Shown: positions 50,721 through 64,000, numbered from the stretch's first letter. The stretch: 64,000 nt of DNA from Octopus bimaculoides (GCF_001194135.2 NC_068990.1:36177432-36241431), one strand, 5' to 3'. Notes: generated by a model not told the origin, from the sequence alone. A program made the numbers and translations.

Positions 50721-52042
50721 ATTCACTCTCAATTTTCCTACCCACTCACCCTGTTTGATCCTGTTCCATTTCTCTCTTATATCATTAGTGCAGCTTGAGA
50801 CCATCACCTGACACCTCATTATCACCAACTTCTCAATTTTCTCTCTTTCCGGCTGGGATAGCCACATATCTCCTCTATAGGAAGACACTTCTTTCTGTCC
50901 TTCTACCTCACTTTATACTCTCATCACCTGGCATAAAGCCATGAGTGAACTCACTAGTGCTGGTGTCATAAAAAATGCACTCAATACACTTTATAAAGTA
51001 GTTGGCATTAGGAAGAGCATCAATCCATAGAAACCATGCCAAAGCAGATTCTGAAGCCTATCAAATTGTCCAACTTATGCTAACTTGAAAGATGGACACT
51101 AATATTATGCGTGTGCGTGTATGTGTGGTGTGAGTATGCATATATATATATATATANNNNNNNNNNNNNNNNNNNNNNNNNNNNNNNNNNNNNNNNNNNN
51201 NNNNNNNNNNNNNNNNNNNNNNNNNNNNNNNNNNNNNNNNNNNNNNNNNNNNNNNNNNNNNNNNNNNNNNNNNNNNNNNNNNNNNNNNNNNNNNNNNNNN
51301 NNNNNNNNNNNNNNNNNNNNNNNNNNNNNNNNNNNNNNNNTATATATATATATATATATATGTACCTATATACATATATATGTATTTATAAATATATGTA
51401 TACATATATACAGATACACATATAGATATATACATACACATATGTACATACACAAACACATATACACTCACAAATACACACACACACTCATAAATGTGTG
51501 TGTGTATTGTATGTACATGTATGTATGTATGTATGTATAGCCAAACTAACATATCCATTAATGTACCTATGGTTAAAGATACATAAGCTTACACATTAAC
51601 ACATATTTATTTGCACATGTAAAAGTATATTTAAATGCATCAAGACACAGAGCTATATACATACACACATTTCATGCATACATATCCACACACATACAGA
51701 TATATGTGTGTGTGTGTTATTGTATTATATCTATTTTATAAGTATAGTCTTTTTTATTTAAAAACATATGTATGCTTGTGGTGTGTGTATATATATATAT
51801 ACACACACACACACGAAAACATACACACACATATAGCTCAAGCATACACATATAGACAGATACTCTAGATGATGATAAGAAATGGTTGCAGGGAAGGAAT
51901 GGTTAACTTCAGTTTAGATGTCCGATTATGACTTCAGTTGTTTTTCTTGTGGCATTTACCAAACAGGCAGGCACTACTCTATAGAAACGGGATGGTGGTG
52001 CCAGAGGAATAGAGTGGATAGTAAGAGAGAAAGAGAGAGAGG

Positions 52043-52096
<54 letters not shown>

Positions 52097-52819
52097 TTAA
52101 GAGAAAGAGAGAATGTGAGAATCTTAGAATTCTTGGCAAGAACAGCAACATGAGACCACTGCCAAAAGAAGATTACCAAGCACCAAAAGAATGCAAAGCA
52201 TTGTCATATAGTGATGATGATGATGTTGATGATGAAAATAATGGTGATGGCAGTGATGCTGACTGTGGTGATGGTATGACGATATGGGATTGTCAAGTTA
52301 GGAGTTTTAGTTCTGGCCATATTGGTGGTGGTGGTGGTGGTGGTGGCTGTAGTGACAATGACAATGGTGTTGGTAGTAGTGGTGGTAGTAATGGTGGTGG
52401 TGGTAGTGTCGGTGTTGTTGTTGGTTGTGGTGGTGGTGGTGGTGCTTCTGGTGGTGTCTGTGGTAGGGTGGGGGACATGAAGAAGCAAAAGTTTTTCGCC
52501 AGCAGAAATGCTGGCAACGTTTCCAATGAAAAATCAGCTAAGCTACTAGAAACAAACAAACATCTTACAACAAATACAAACACACACACACACGCGCACA
52601 CTAAGTAGATTGATGTCAGATGGATTGTCTGTATCTGTGGATTGGTCAGACATTTGGCTGTGTTTTGTAGAGAAGAAAAGCGAACAACCAAAAGATTTTT
52701 CCAGAAAGAAACACTTGTTTATAATAAGTAAAATATAAGTATGATTCCACACAATGGTACAGTAAGAAGGGAGAGGGATTTGCAAAAGGGGTGAGTGTTG
52801 TAGTAAATCAATTTACCCC

Positions 52820-53050
52820 TACCACATGAATGCTACTATGACTGCCACATGAATGTTATTAATACTGCCAAGTGAATGCTACTAATACTACCACAAAATG
52901 TTACTATGACTGCCACATGACTGCTACTAATACTACCACAAAATGTTACTATGACTGCCACATGAATGCTATATAACTGCTACATGACTACTGCATGATG
53001 GCAACATGATTGCTGACATAACTGTGACACCTGACTACAACATAACTTCT
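52820..53050. repeat. ~22-bp minisatellite with a 45-bp higher-order repeat
   Basis: CCACATGAATGCTACTATGACTG-type units. TAATACTACCACAAAATGTTACTATGACTGCCACATGA is repeated exactly 45 bp apart. Confidence 0.82.
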
Positions 53051-53391
53051 ACAGACTAGCATCAAATCGCTACAAAACTGAACCACTTAGGTAATAAGTG
53101 TGAACCTTCGTTAAACGACAGACAAGAACCAAAGGACACAAACTGGTTGCTATGACATCAGTCTGTGCATTTCACAACTCAATTCCACATATCAGAGCAA
53201 AGTAACAGCTTTATACCATGTCCCATTTCCCTATGTCACTTGATGAAGGGTTTCTAACTCCAAGATAACAAAGGAACATAAGATAAAACATTAACTGGAG
53301 TTCTGTTTTCGCTTTTGTATTTCATTCATTTTGCAATGTTTTAATCTAATTTAATAACAAACAAAAGTCCATTCAAACTATTCTGAACTAA

Positions 53392-53434
<43 letters not shown>

Positions 53435-53477
53435 AAGAGAGAGAGAGAGAGAGTGGAGCATGAACCACCCACCCAAC

Positions 53478-53722
53478 CTCTTTCAGTCATGAATGACCAT
53501 GGGATTGCACCTCCATGTGTACCAGCCTCCCCTCTCCAAGCCACCAATGTTAACCAAAGGAAAGACAAAGGCCAATACAGCTTGGTACCAGTGACATCGC
53601 ATCTCATTTCTACAGCAGAGTGAACTGGAGCAATGTGAAGTAAAGTGTTTTGCTCAAGAACACAACACAGCCCAGTCCAGGAATTGAACTCACTACCTCA
53701 TGATTGTGAGCCCGACGTTCTA
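53478..53722 (-). mobile_element. Family C SINE
   Basis: Homologous to 9014-9340, with an internal deletion. Confidence 0.82.
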
Positions 53723-54479
53723 TATAATCATCATCACTTTAATGTACACTTTTCCATGTTTCCATGCTTGCATGGGTTGGACAGAATTTGTTGACAGAGG
53801 GAGATTTCCTGTGGTCAGATGCTCTTCCTATCACCAACCCTTACCCGTTTCCAAGTAAGATAATATTTCCTAATGGCTGACACGTTTTCATGGAAGACTG
53901 AAAATGAAGGACACTGCTTGCATGACAGTAAAACTCGTTTACAACTACAACACCAAGTTACAGCAAGGAGAAGGTACGACACACACACACACACACAATA
54001 GGCTTCTTTCAATTTCCATCTACTAAATCCACTCACAAGGTCTTGTCTTAGACTATAGTGGAAGATATTTGCCCAAATTGCCATGCAGTGGGTTTGAACC
54101 CGAAACCATGTGGTTGGGAAGCAAACCTCTCAAACACACAACGCGCCTGTATATTTCCTTTATTGACCTGAGATATACAGCTATATCCTGAGTTAAGAGA
54201 GCTCCTATGCAACTCATTCAGTTGCTAGAATTAGCAGCTAAATACCTCACAGCCTACTACCTACAATCTTAAAACAAAAAGGATCACTGAGATCATATTG
54301 AAGATTTTAATTCTAAATGTTTGAAGAAACTGATTTCGTGAACATGTTTAGAGGGATCAGTGACTGGTAAATATTTATCACAGATGAACCAATGATGACG
54401 ATGATGATGATGACAAAGAAGATGACTGCAACAAAGAAAATATTTCATACATATAAATTACACACACACACACACACAC

Positions 54480-54529
<50 letters not shown>

Positions 54530-54754
54530 AAAGGTAAAAAGGAATCCATGTAATACCATATATTCCACTCTTATAATATATATGTGTGTGTATCTATATG
54601 TATGTATATATACATATGCACATATAGACACATTCATACTGAAATATGAAGACATACACACTAAAATACACAGAGCACATACAAAAAGAATAACGTAATC
54701 ATACTGAATATTAAATGAACACGCATACACACACACACACATTTATACACTCAC

Positions 54755-54776
54755 CTACATGACATACAAGCATATA
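54755..54776 (-). CDS. Candidate 22-nt exon (x-YACMSC-S in phase 1 to 2, or YMLVCHV in phase 0 to 1)
   Basis: Acceptor ATTTCCGTCTTTCAG and consensus donor TAG|GTGAGT. The phase 1 to 2 reading joins exon 35347-35395 in frame. Confidence 0.4.
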
Positions 54777-55058
54777 CTGAAAGACGGAAATGCATTACAG
54801 CAGTAACACAACACTACCAGGTGTGTGCATATATTTATACAAATGAGAAAACACACACACACACACACACTCTCTCTCTCTCGCACTCTCACATACACAC
54901 ACACATTCTGACATAATTCTATAAAAACAAGATGGAATTGAAAGAAAAATATCCAAGTCTCATGGTTGCTAAGTGCATTAAACAGAGACTCAGAACTGTC
55001 AAATCTGTAGGAATATTTCTTTCTGTGGCACAAAACTACAACAACAATGACAATAACC

Positions 55059-55102
<44 letters not shown>

Positions 55103-55494
55103 TAATAATGATAATAATAACAACAACAACACTAACGTGTATAGCAACAACCACAAGTGTTAGAGGTAAAAAAAAAAATATTGAAACCTATAAGAGCAAT
55201 TTTTTTGGTATTTTCATGCAAGAGAAACTGATTAGAGAAACAGCAATAACAACACTACTTTCCAATATTACTCATTAAGTATGTGTGTATAGGGGCATAT
55301 AAATNNNNNNNNNNNNNNNNNNNNNNNNNNNNNNNNNNNNNNNNNNNNNNNNNNNNNNNNNNNNNNNNNNNNNNNNNNNNNNNNNNNNNNNNNNNNNNNN
55401 NNNNNNNNNNNNNNNNNNNNNNNNNNNNNNNNNNNNNNNNNNNNNNNNNNNNNNNNNNNNNNNNNNNNNNNNNNNNATATATATATATATATAC

Positions 55495-55832
55495 TGAGAT
55501 CCCCTTCGGTCATGACTGACCCTGAGATTGCACCTAGAAAGTTACCCTCAGAGGCACAAGTCCAGGCAAAGGTTGTTTATGGAAGATGAGGAGTCGCCCA
55601 TGCATACCAGTCTCCTCTCTTCACGCCACCAGTGTTATCCAAGGGGAGGGCAAAGGCCGATACAGCTTGGCACCTGTGATGTCGCAGCTCATTTCTACAG
55701 CTGAGTGAACTGGAGCAACGTGAAATAAAGTATCTTGCTCAAGAACACAACACAACACGCAGCCCGGCCCGAGATTCAAACTCACAATCTCACGATAGTA
55801 AGCTCGGCGCTCTATCCACTGAGCCATGCGCC
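55495..55832 (-). mobile_element. Family C SINE
   Basis: Head GGCGCATGGCTCAGTGGATAGAGCG..GTTTGAATCTCGGGCC. Body as in 9014-9340. Confidence 0.88.
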
Positions 55833-55949
55833 TGATATATATATATGCTGGACACAGAAACCTGGTGCAGTCTTCTGCCAAGTCAGCTCTTGTCAAACCG
55901 TCCAACCCATGCCAGCATGGAAAGCAGACATTAAATGATGATGAAGATG

Positions 55950-55996
<47 letters not shown>

Positions 55997-56282
55997 ATGG
56001 CTGTCCACTCGTGACCAAGGAAGACCATTGCTAACCTACAAGAACATTGTGTGCTCTCGGACTAACCTATATTTTGCATTTGAGGCTCTGTTGGTGGCTA
56101 ATTAGCCCTGCTCTTGACAAGCATACACGACTGCAAACATTGCAAACTGAGCTTTCCCCTTTCACTACACACATACACATATGCATATATATACAAATAC
56201 ATACACACACACACACACATAAAAGGAAAGAGATACAAAACAGAAAGTTGAAAAATTTACTAGTATTATTTATTCACTATAA

Positions 56283-56453
56283 CATATATTTCATTTGATA
56301 ACAGGAATTACAAAGTTTTACAAGTTAGATAGACATCTAAGGGATTTTCTATTAGAAATTCCTCACACATGGAGAATTTCTAAAAAGGAAATTCATTATA
56401 TGTCTATCTATCATGTAAAACTTTGTAATTCCTATTAGTAAATGAAACATGTG
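56283..56453. repeat. Imperfect palindrome, ~80-bp arms, short loop
   Basis: TTTCATTT..AGGAATTACAAAGTTTTACA..TAGATAGACAT..TAGAAATT versus AATTTCTA..ATGTCTATCTA..TGTAAAACTTTGTAATTCCT..AAATGAAA. Confidence 0.85.
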
Positions 56454-56719
56454 TAATGGTGAATAACTAATGCCAATAAATTTACCAACTACTTGTTATG
56501 CTACACAATAACTCTGCTAACAATATTTTTCAGAATTTTTAACTCTAATATTTACCTTGCATCTACAAGATAACGATAGTAAATATATACAGGATAATGA
56601 TACTGGGATGAGCAAATGTCCTTCAAGAGGAAAACAGCTAGGATTTTACCCTACCTACCTACATAATACATATGATGAATTCTCTTGCCATGAACGAGAA
56701 ATGAGGGTTCAGTAAAATA

Positions 56720-57540
56720 AAGCAGTAATCATGTTCTATGGGTACGGATGAGTCTGTTGAGCCCTGCTGGTGCCTTGTGAAACTTTTGGCAAATGGAACA
56801 AGTTGAGGACTCAGTTTGCTTGAGTGCATGTGGGTCATTTATTATGTTTTCTTCATGCCGCAAAACCACAATGACAGGTAAGGTTTCCATATTGAGGAGC
56901 AGCACTTTGATAGCCTACCTTCTTGCTTGCATCAAATTAGTCCTGATGTTGGAGTTGACTTTGCTCAAATCTTTGAACTGAGGAGAAGCAGGACTGATAC
57001 CGGGTCCTGTGTTTTGGCACTTTGTTTTTCCAGGATGAAAATGGAATGTTGCATCAGTTCAGATTTTCTTTTAGTTTGTCTTTGAAGCACAAGAATGGCC
57101 TATCAACTGAGCTTCCTACAAGGAATTGGCCTAAGAGAAGTTGCATCGGAACTCTGACATGAGTCATACATGAGAAATGACCAGATCATCTAAGCTGTAT
57201 TTTGATGGCTTCAATATGTGATATGTTGCATTTTGTTACCACTTCACTGATATGAAAATGGTCACTCAGTTTATGTTCGAGATAGTATACAAGCATCACA
57301 TATGAAAAACATGAAGCTAGTTGATGTGCTTTCGGTACAGGATCGAAGATTCAGCACCATAAAGCAATGATGATAAAACCACCAGCAAGTATACATTGTC
57401 TTTGACTTTCAATGGTATGTCATGGCTGTTCCAAAGTCTATGATAAAGCTTACTGAAAGTGGAACTAGCCTTCCTGATTCTGGAGTCAATTTCTTTATCC
57501 ATCTTAGCATCATTGGACACAATAGAATCAAGATAAGTGA
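56720..57540 (-). mobile_element. RTE (BovB-like) LINE 3' fragment
   Basis: FTYLDSIVSNDAKMDKEIDSRIRKASSTFSKLYHRLWNSHDIPLKVK..VYLLVVLSSLLYGAES..LYRKHI. The downstream part has many stops. Confidence 0.88.
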
Positions 57541-57563
57541 AGGAGAAAACATAATATATATAC

Positions 57564-57610
<47 letters not shown>

Positions 57611-58279
57611 TATATTTATTTATTTATGAATATATACATATGCATACATATATACATATACACACTCACATATACACAAAAACACACACACATACATAAT
57701 TCATATCAATAAATATATTCTTGCACATATGTAAAATAGAGAAATTTTTAAAAATTACATAATTCAGAGAGACAGATGTATATACACACACATATATCTA
57801 TATACACAGAAAGGGAAAGAGAAATAAATATATTTCTGTTTATACCTGGATATAGTTAAAGAAATATGTATAAATGAATTAGGAGGGGCAAAAAATATAT
57901 ATATATCAGCAAAACAATTACATTATATATTCACTAATGTGTATGTGTGCCTGTACACATATGCTTGTCTCTATGCCTGTATATACATGTGTATATGCAA
58001 GAGTGCGTATATATATATATATATATATATAGTGAAATATATATAAATACAAACACCCACACACATTTACATATTTTTATGTATATATACACACAAACAC
58101 ACACATATATATATATATAAAGAGAGAGGTGTTTGTATGTGTATGCATAAACACATATAAATAAATGTAAATATAAATATATACACTCACACACATATAT
58201 ATTTATATATATACATATAAAATATACATACATATACACACAAATATATTTATATGTGGGTGTATGTGCATATAAATTA

Positions 58280-58349
<70 letters not shown>

Positions 58350-58841
58350 CAGATATATACACATATATGTAAATGCATGCACACACACAGAGACACATAT
58401 ATACACATATATAAACACCTGGATGTACATACGTAGGCATGTAGTTGAAGGTGATGACAGATGAAATAATATGGATGACAACAGGTTAAAGAAAAAATTT
58501 CACAAAAGAATTTTAAAGTATTTAAAAACCAGGAAAAATGTTTATTTATGATGAAACCACCACTACTACTACTACCACCACCACCACCACCACCACCACT
58601 GCGACTATCACTATCACTGCTACTACCGTTACCGCCATTGCTTCTGCTCCTACTATTACTGATATCTGACATAAGCACAGGACTAGAAATTCGATGGAAG
58701 AGTTTAGTTGATTAAACTCATCCCAATTTGTAAGTGGTACTTCATGTTATCAATTGACAAATGATGAGCAGCAAAGTCAGACTCAGCGGAATTTGAATTC
58801 AGGAGTAGAAGTAGTAGTAGTAGCAGTAATAATAATAATAA

Positions 58842-59054
58842 TCCTTTCTACTATAGGCACAAGGCCTAAAATTTTCGGGGTGGAGACTACTTGATTACAT
58901 CGACCCCAGTGTTTCACTGGTATTTAATTTATCGACCCTGAAAGGATAAAAAGTAAAGTCGACCTCAACTGAATTTGAACTCAGAATGTAGCAACAGTCA
59001 AAATACTGGTAAGCATTTCGCCCGGCGTGCTAATGATTCTGCCAGCTCGCCGCC
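58842..59054 (-). mobile_element. Family E SINE, well-preserved copy
   Basis: Minus strand GGCGGCGAGCTGGCAGAATCATTAGCACGCCGGGCGAAATGCTT..CTGAGTTCAAATTC (tRNA-like A and B boxes). Confidence 0.88.
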
Positions 59055-59104
59055 ATAAAAATAATAATAATAATAATAATGGACAAAAAGGGGAAGGTAA
59101 AAAT

Positions 59105-59515
59105 AATAGTAATAGATGAAAAGAAGAAGGCAGAAATACTCTGGGACTTTGACTTCCAGAGAGACAAGGTGTTAGAGCACCGAAGGCCGTATATTGTATC
59201 CTTTAGGAGGGACAAGCAAGAGTGTCCAATAATCGATGTGGCAGTACCAGGTGATCAACATATCATGTGACAAAGAGAAAAGATTGACAAATATGGAGCC
59301 CTGAGAATTGAGATCGCTAAGATGTGGCAGCTATGAGAGTCAGACATAAAGGTTGTTCCTGTTGTCATGGGAGCATTGTGTTCAATATGCACCCAAGCTG
59401 AAGAAACATCTGGAAACTTTAGAAATACTCTACAATCTAGGTGTACTGCAAAAAATCGGCATTACTTGGAACTGCAAGTATATTGCATAAAGTACTGTCT
59501 GAGGTCCTTGTTGTG
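59105..59515 (+). mobile_element. C-terminal restriction-like endonuclease region of an R4/Dong-like non-LTR element (dead)
   Basis: ILWDFDFQRDKVLEHRRPYIV..IIDVAVPGD..EKIDKY..LRIEIAKMW..IKVVPVVMGAL matches the PD-(D/E)xK RLE pattern, with stops and frameshifts. Confidence 0.85.
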
Positions 59516-60440
59516 ACTAGACCTGAGCATAGAATGGGCTCGCCTCTCTGAGCTGGGAAATGAATAGAATGCCTGGTGTGTGTCTTGTAGTGGCTACCCA
59601 CTCCTCAAAAAAAAAAAATGGGGAATAGGCCTGGGTATATGTATGTATTCTCAGTACAAGACAAGGCTTCAATCATACCTTATTCCGATTTGAAGATTCG
59701 TTCATTCTATTGCTTTAAAGATACTTAAGGAATTCAATTTAAATATATGCATTGGCATCAATCTAACAACAGTTAATTGTCTTAAACATCAAAACTAGAT
59801 TTGACTACAGGCAAATATCAGCTCCTCAACAAGCCAAACAAAGAATCTATATAACATACACAGGAACTCCAGTCACTCCAACTATAATGAAGATCCACAT
59901 GCAAAGCGTAAGTTGAAGAGTTTGTCATCAATCCTGTGACAGGAAGATCTCCAACAAGATTCCCTCTTATTACAATGAAACATTAACAAGAAGCTAGCTT
60001 TAGCAAAAGACTTGGATATAAGGTAGTATACAGAAAAGACAAAAAACTCTCTACACACTGTAGAACCAACAAAAGGGAAATACCAAGCTCAGTCCATCAT
60101 TCATCATCATTTAATGTCCATTGTCCATGCTGGCATGAGTTAGATGGTGTGACCAGAGCTGACAAGATAGAGATCTGCACCAGACTCCAGTTTGATTTGG
60201 CATGGTTTCTACAGCCGGATGGCCTTCTTAACACAAACCACTATACAGAGTGTGCTGGATGCTTTTACATGGCACCACAAGCACTTTTATATGGCACAAC
60301 ATGGACACTTCTACGTGGCACCACCACAAGTGCTTTACACCACTAGAAGAATTGAAACCTGATACTTTCTTTCTTTAGATACATCACTTTTCCCAAACAT
60401 GTATAAATACCTCAAAGATTGTTAACCCTCATAAAATTAA

Positions 60441-60660
60441 CTCTTTAGCATTTAAACCAGGCATATCCAGCCAAAATAGTCGCCCTCTTTTATGCTCAAA
60501 ATCGCCAGATCCACCTCTCACATCTACCATACAGTGTTAGTCTAGAAAATAGACAGCCACATAATCAAAACCTCAAGGTTACAAGATAATGCAAGGTAAA
60601 TTTAAAACAATGTAAATAAATTAGCATCACATTTCATAGAGCAATCTGAATGTTAAAGAG
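60441..60660. mobile_element. TTAA-flanked (piggyBac-like) MITE, inverted relative to 18947-19167
   Basis: TTAA CTCTTTAGCATT..AATGTTAAAGAG TTAA. Confidence 0.85.
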
Positions 60661-61145
60661 TTAAAGTGAGATGCATGTAGACAGCCCTTAGTCAAACATC
60701 CAAGTTGTAACTTCAGAAACCCCCTTGAATTTACACTTAGATCAGACTAATCCAAGGCAAGGCTATATAGATCAAACATTACACAAGCAGGTAAAAGCAA
60801 GGAGAAAAGTGACTGAGAACACAGCTCACTCATACACATTTAAGTTGAGATACAGAAAGAACACCACAGCTCTGTCATAATTAGTTTGGAAATATAACAT
60901 AGACGATGACACCGAAAGCAATAAAGTTGACGCCCAAGTACAGTGATGACATCACACCACCTTACATCTCCAGCTTCACACTTGATGCCAAGTTCATTAC
61001 AATCTAACTCAACCGGTGATTAGCCACAAAGCCAATTAGAAAGATCCAAGTAGAGCTCACAGCCATTCTGAACATGATTGCCTGTGTGTCTGTATGTCTA
61101 CAACTCTCTCTTATTCTCTTTGAATGACTACCTCCTTCCTCTATG

Positions 61146-61185
<40 letters not shown>

Positions 61186-62218
61186 CCATGTTTTCAATTA
61201 TCCACCTATTATTTCTACATTCCCTTGCTTCACGCAATATACATGAACACTTAAATACACACACGCACATACACACACAGATCCAACTCATTTTGGCATG
61301 GAAAGCAGACATAAAATGATGATGGAGAAGATTATAACATTATCATAATCATCATCATCATCATTTAATGTCCATTTTTCAAGCTGGCATGGGTTGGATA
61401 GTTTAACAGGAGCTGGCAAGCTGGGGAAGCTGCACCAGGCTCCAGTAATGTTTTGGCAACATTTCTATGGTTGGATGCCCTTCCTAACACCAACCACTTC
61501 ACAGTGTGTACTGGGAGACACAGAGACACACACACACACATTATACAGATTCATACAAATAGACACACAACCATATAGGATAGTAGTGGCTTACATGTAT
61601 AACTATGAAACAAGTTAAAGTTGCATGAGAGCAACCAGCTTATGTCTATTTGACAAACACTGAGTTAAAGACAATTTGCAGAACAAAGACAAGAATTTTA
61701 AATCTGACATCTCAGCTTACTTCTTATTACTATGTTAACTACCTCCTCTCTATCTCTCTGTCTGTATCCAATTCTCTTCCTTTCTCAGTCTCTTTGATGG
61801 TATAACCACAGCACCCTCAAACTTGTTAGTTCATCACAACTCAGGAACTAATTCTGCGTAGTGCTATGGAGAAAACTTCGCTCTCAGATGCCAAGAATTC
61901 ATACGCAATCCTCACCATGCTACCTCTACTGACATAGCAGACAGAATCTGTATACTAACCCCATGTCAGATCACAAATATGTTTCCCATTCAGTAACTAA
62001 GGATTTTCTCATTTTCATATCAATGAGACATAAGATTGAGATGCTGACTTTACAAGCTTCATTGCAGGCTACACATCTATGAAACAACTTTGAATAAGAA
62101 CTGATACAGGGAAGAACATCTCCAGAGTAAGAAGTGAGGTTAACTACATCCAGTACACACTTTGAAGCAGTTTATGATAAGATAGGCATAAAGTCACAGA
62201 ATCTATTCACAATAAAAT

Positions 62219-62599
62219 GTTGGCACTCCGTCGCTTACGACGTCGAGGGTTCCAGTTGATCCGATCAACGGAACAGCCTGCTCGTGAAATTAACGTGCAA
62301 GTGGCTGAGCACTCCACAGACACGTGTACCCTTAACGTAGTTCTCGGGGATATTCAGCGTGACACAGTGTGACAAGGCGGACCCTTTGAATTACAGGCAC
62401 AACAGAAACAGGAAGTAAGAGTGAGAGAAAGCTGTGGTGAAAGAGTACAGCAGGGTTCGCCACCATCCCCTGCCGGAGCCTCGTGGAGCTTTAGGTGTTT
62501 TCGCTCAATAAACACTCACAACGCCCGGTCTGGGAATCGAAACTGTGATCCTATGACCGCGAGTGCGATGCCCTAACCACTGGGCCATTGCACCTCCAC
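62219..62599 (-). mobile_element. Young tRNA-like SINE, family F, full length
   Basis: Nearly identical to 48820-49182. 12-bp TSD TCACAATAAAAT at 62207-62218 and 62600-62611. Confidence 0.93.
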
Positions 62600-63686
62600 T
62601 CACAATAAAATACACATAAGACATACTCAGAAGCAAAATTGGGTGGTTTTCTCAGCTGCTGGTATGTGTGCAACATGAGATGATTGAGCCAGTCATTTTT
62701 ATGTAAAATTGTGATGACAAAGGTAATTGTACAAAGTCAAAAGGAATATTTAGTGGAGTAAATATTTGAGTCAGTTTAGAGTAAAAGAAAATGAAGAGTA
62801 TAAATAAATGCTGAGAAACAGAATACTTCCAACATTCTATTACTCATAGTGTGATGGTCTTATCCATGGACAATATTCAGAATAGACAGAAAAAATGTCA
62901 GGACTTTTGAATTAGTCATAACATCTCGAGAAAAAAATCAATTGGAATGAGCTCTCAAATTGTCTTCTACACGAGTTCAAGCATGGCTATGGAGCTATAA
63001 AGTTTGTTATGCAGTCTTGTGTTTCTGGGTTCAAACCCACTACACAGCACCTTTGGCAAGTGCTTTCTAACATAACCTTAATCTAAGCAATAGTTTGTGT
63101 GCAACATTTCATAGAGAGAGAGATGGATGGAGGGAGGGAGGGAGGGAGAGAGGGGAGAGGAGGGGAGGAAGAGGGGGAGAGAGAGAGAAAGAGAGAACGT
63201 GTGTGTGTGTGTAGACATCAGCAAGGCAATTCCAAATTAAGAGGTATGTGCAACACAAATACCTTGTGGTATTTATTTCATCCAAGTTGTACTGTCACTC
63301 TCTTGTTATTTCCACCACATGAAAACAGTGAACCAGTGACTGGATGTTAGGAAGCTATAGAACCACAAAATGCGATTCCTTACAAATATTATGATATTAC
63401 TGCAGAGTCCCATCAGAAAGGCTGTTGTTTTCTTCTCTCAAATTGGCACTAACATTGTTTAACAGTCAATAAAGCTTTAGATTATTTTTCAGAAAAGGGA
63501 ACAGGAATTTTTGATGTCCATGGTTCTCTGCTGAAAGGTGCTACAGCAACGAAGGAAATTAAAATAGTTCAGTCAGCACAGATTCTGGGAAGACAGGAAG
63601 TAAAGGAATACAAAGAAAAAGTAAATAAAGAAATAATATAAAACAATTAAATTGCACTTCTGTTCATTTCACAGATGAATGGTTAC

Positions 63687-63740
63687 ATCAAGGTGAGGTT
63701 TAGACATCCAATCACTCCTCAGCACACATGCACCACAGAC
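63687..63740 (-). CDS. Weak candidate exon (VCGACVLRSDWMSKPHLD)
   Basis: Long U-rich tract (63790-63940) and TTTGTGTACAG acceptor. The donor is uncertain: GAT|GTAACC, or a weak GGA|GTGATT at 63716. Confidence 0.18.
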
Positions 63741-64000
63741 CTGTACACAAATATACATATTTGAAGAACAATTCAACCCACCCAAGCACGAAATAAAAAC
63801 TGACATATAAACTAATTACAAAACAAAAAAAAAGAAAGAAAAAGAAATCAAAGAAAAATATGAAGAAACAAATGAAAACAGAGAAACAAAGAGAAGTAAA
63901 AACAAAAAAAAACACAGGAAGGGAAGATAGAATAATGGAACGAAACGACAAGGAATATAAATACTATAAACAAAAGAACAGAGTAGAAAACTGAAGCATA

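Larger units (their letters stand above)
3335..55476. other. Assembly gaps (13 N runs)
   Basis: 3335-3434, 15032-15041, 28209-28923, 29569-30546, 33518-33527, 35713-35817, 38225-38723, 41781-42093, 43024-43108, 45677-46188, 46838-46847, 51157-51340, 55305-55476. Exons could be hidden in them. Confidence 0.99.

Noticed and set aside
52498-52515. GCCAGCA-GAAA-TGCTGGC tetraloop hairpin
   Set aside because: A 7-bp stem is expected by chance in 64 kb, and there is no supporting context.
61790-62206. Possible decayed retroelement coding sequence (also 11940-12200)
   Set aside because: Stop-ridden with no diagnostic motif, so a class cannot be supported.

Overview
Eukaryotic, AT-rich, repeat-saturated genomic DNA with 13 assembly gaps (about 3.7 kb of N). 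The microsatellite load and SINE/LINE repertoire resemble a coleoid cephalopod (Octopus-like) genome; this is inference. There are no prokaryotic features and no complete recognisable gene. Most of the window appears to be intron of a minus-strand gene. Several small exons with strong splice signals and compatible phases were found (54755-54776, 35347-35395, 27526-27625, 10323-10386, plus weaker candidates), but the product cannot be named. The rest is decayed RTE-clade LINEs, one restriction-like-endonuclease LINE fragment, two mariner derivatives, hAT and TTAA-flanked MITEs, several tRNA-like SINE families (labelled A-F here for convenience), minisatellites, hairpins and a full-length U6 snRNA pseudogene. 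The most notable observation is a type I hammerhead ribozyme motif with an intact catalytic core on the minus strand (18268-18336). It has a palindromic stem III and lies in an ORF-less ~461-bp partial tandem repeat resembling Penelope pLTRs or animal retrozymes, in the same orientation as the putative host transcript. ORFs in the supplied track that span N runs or microsatellites are artefacts.
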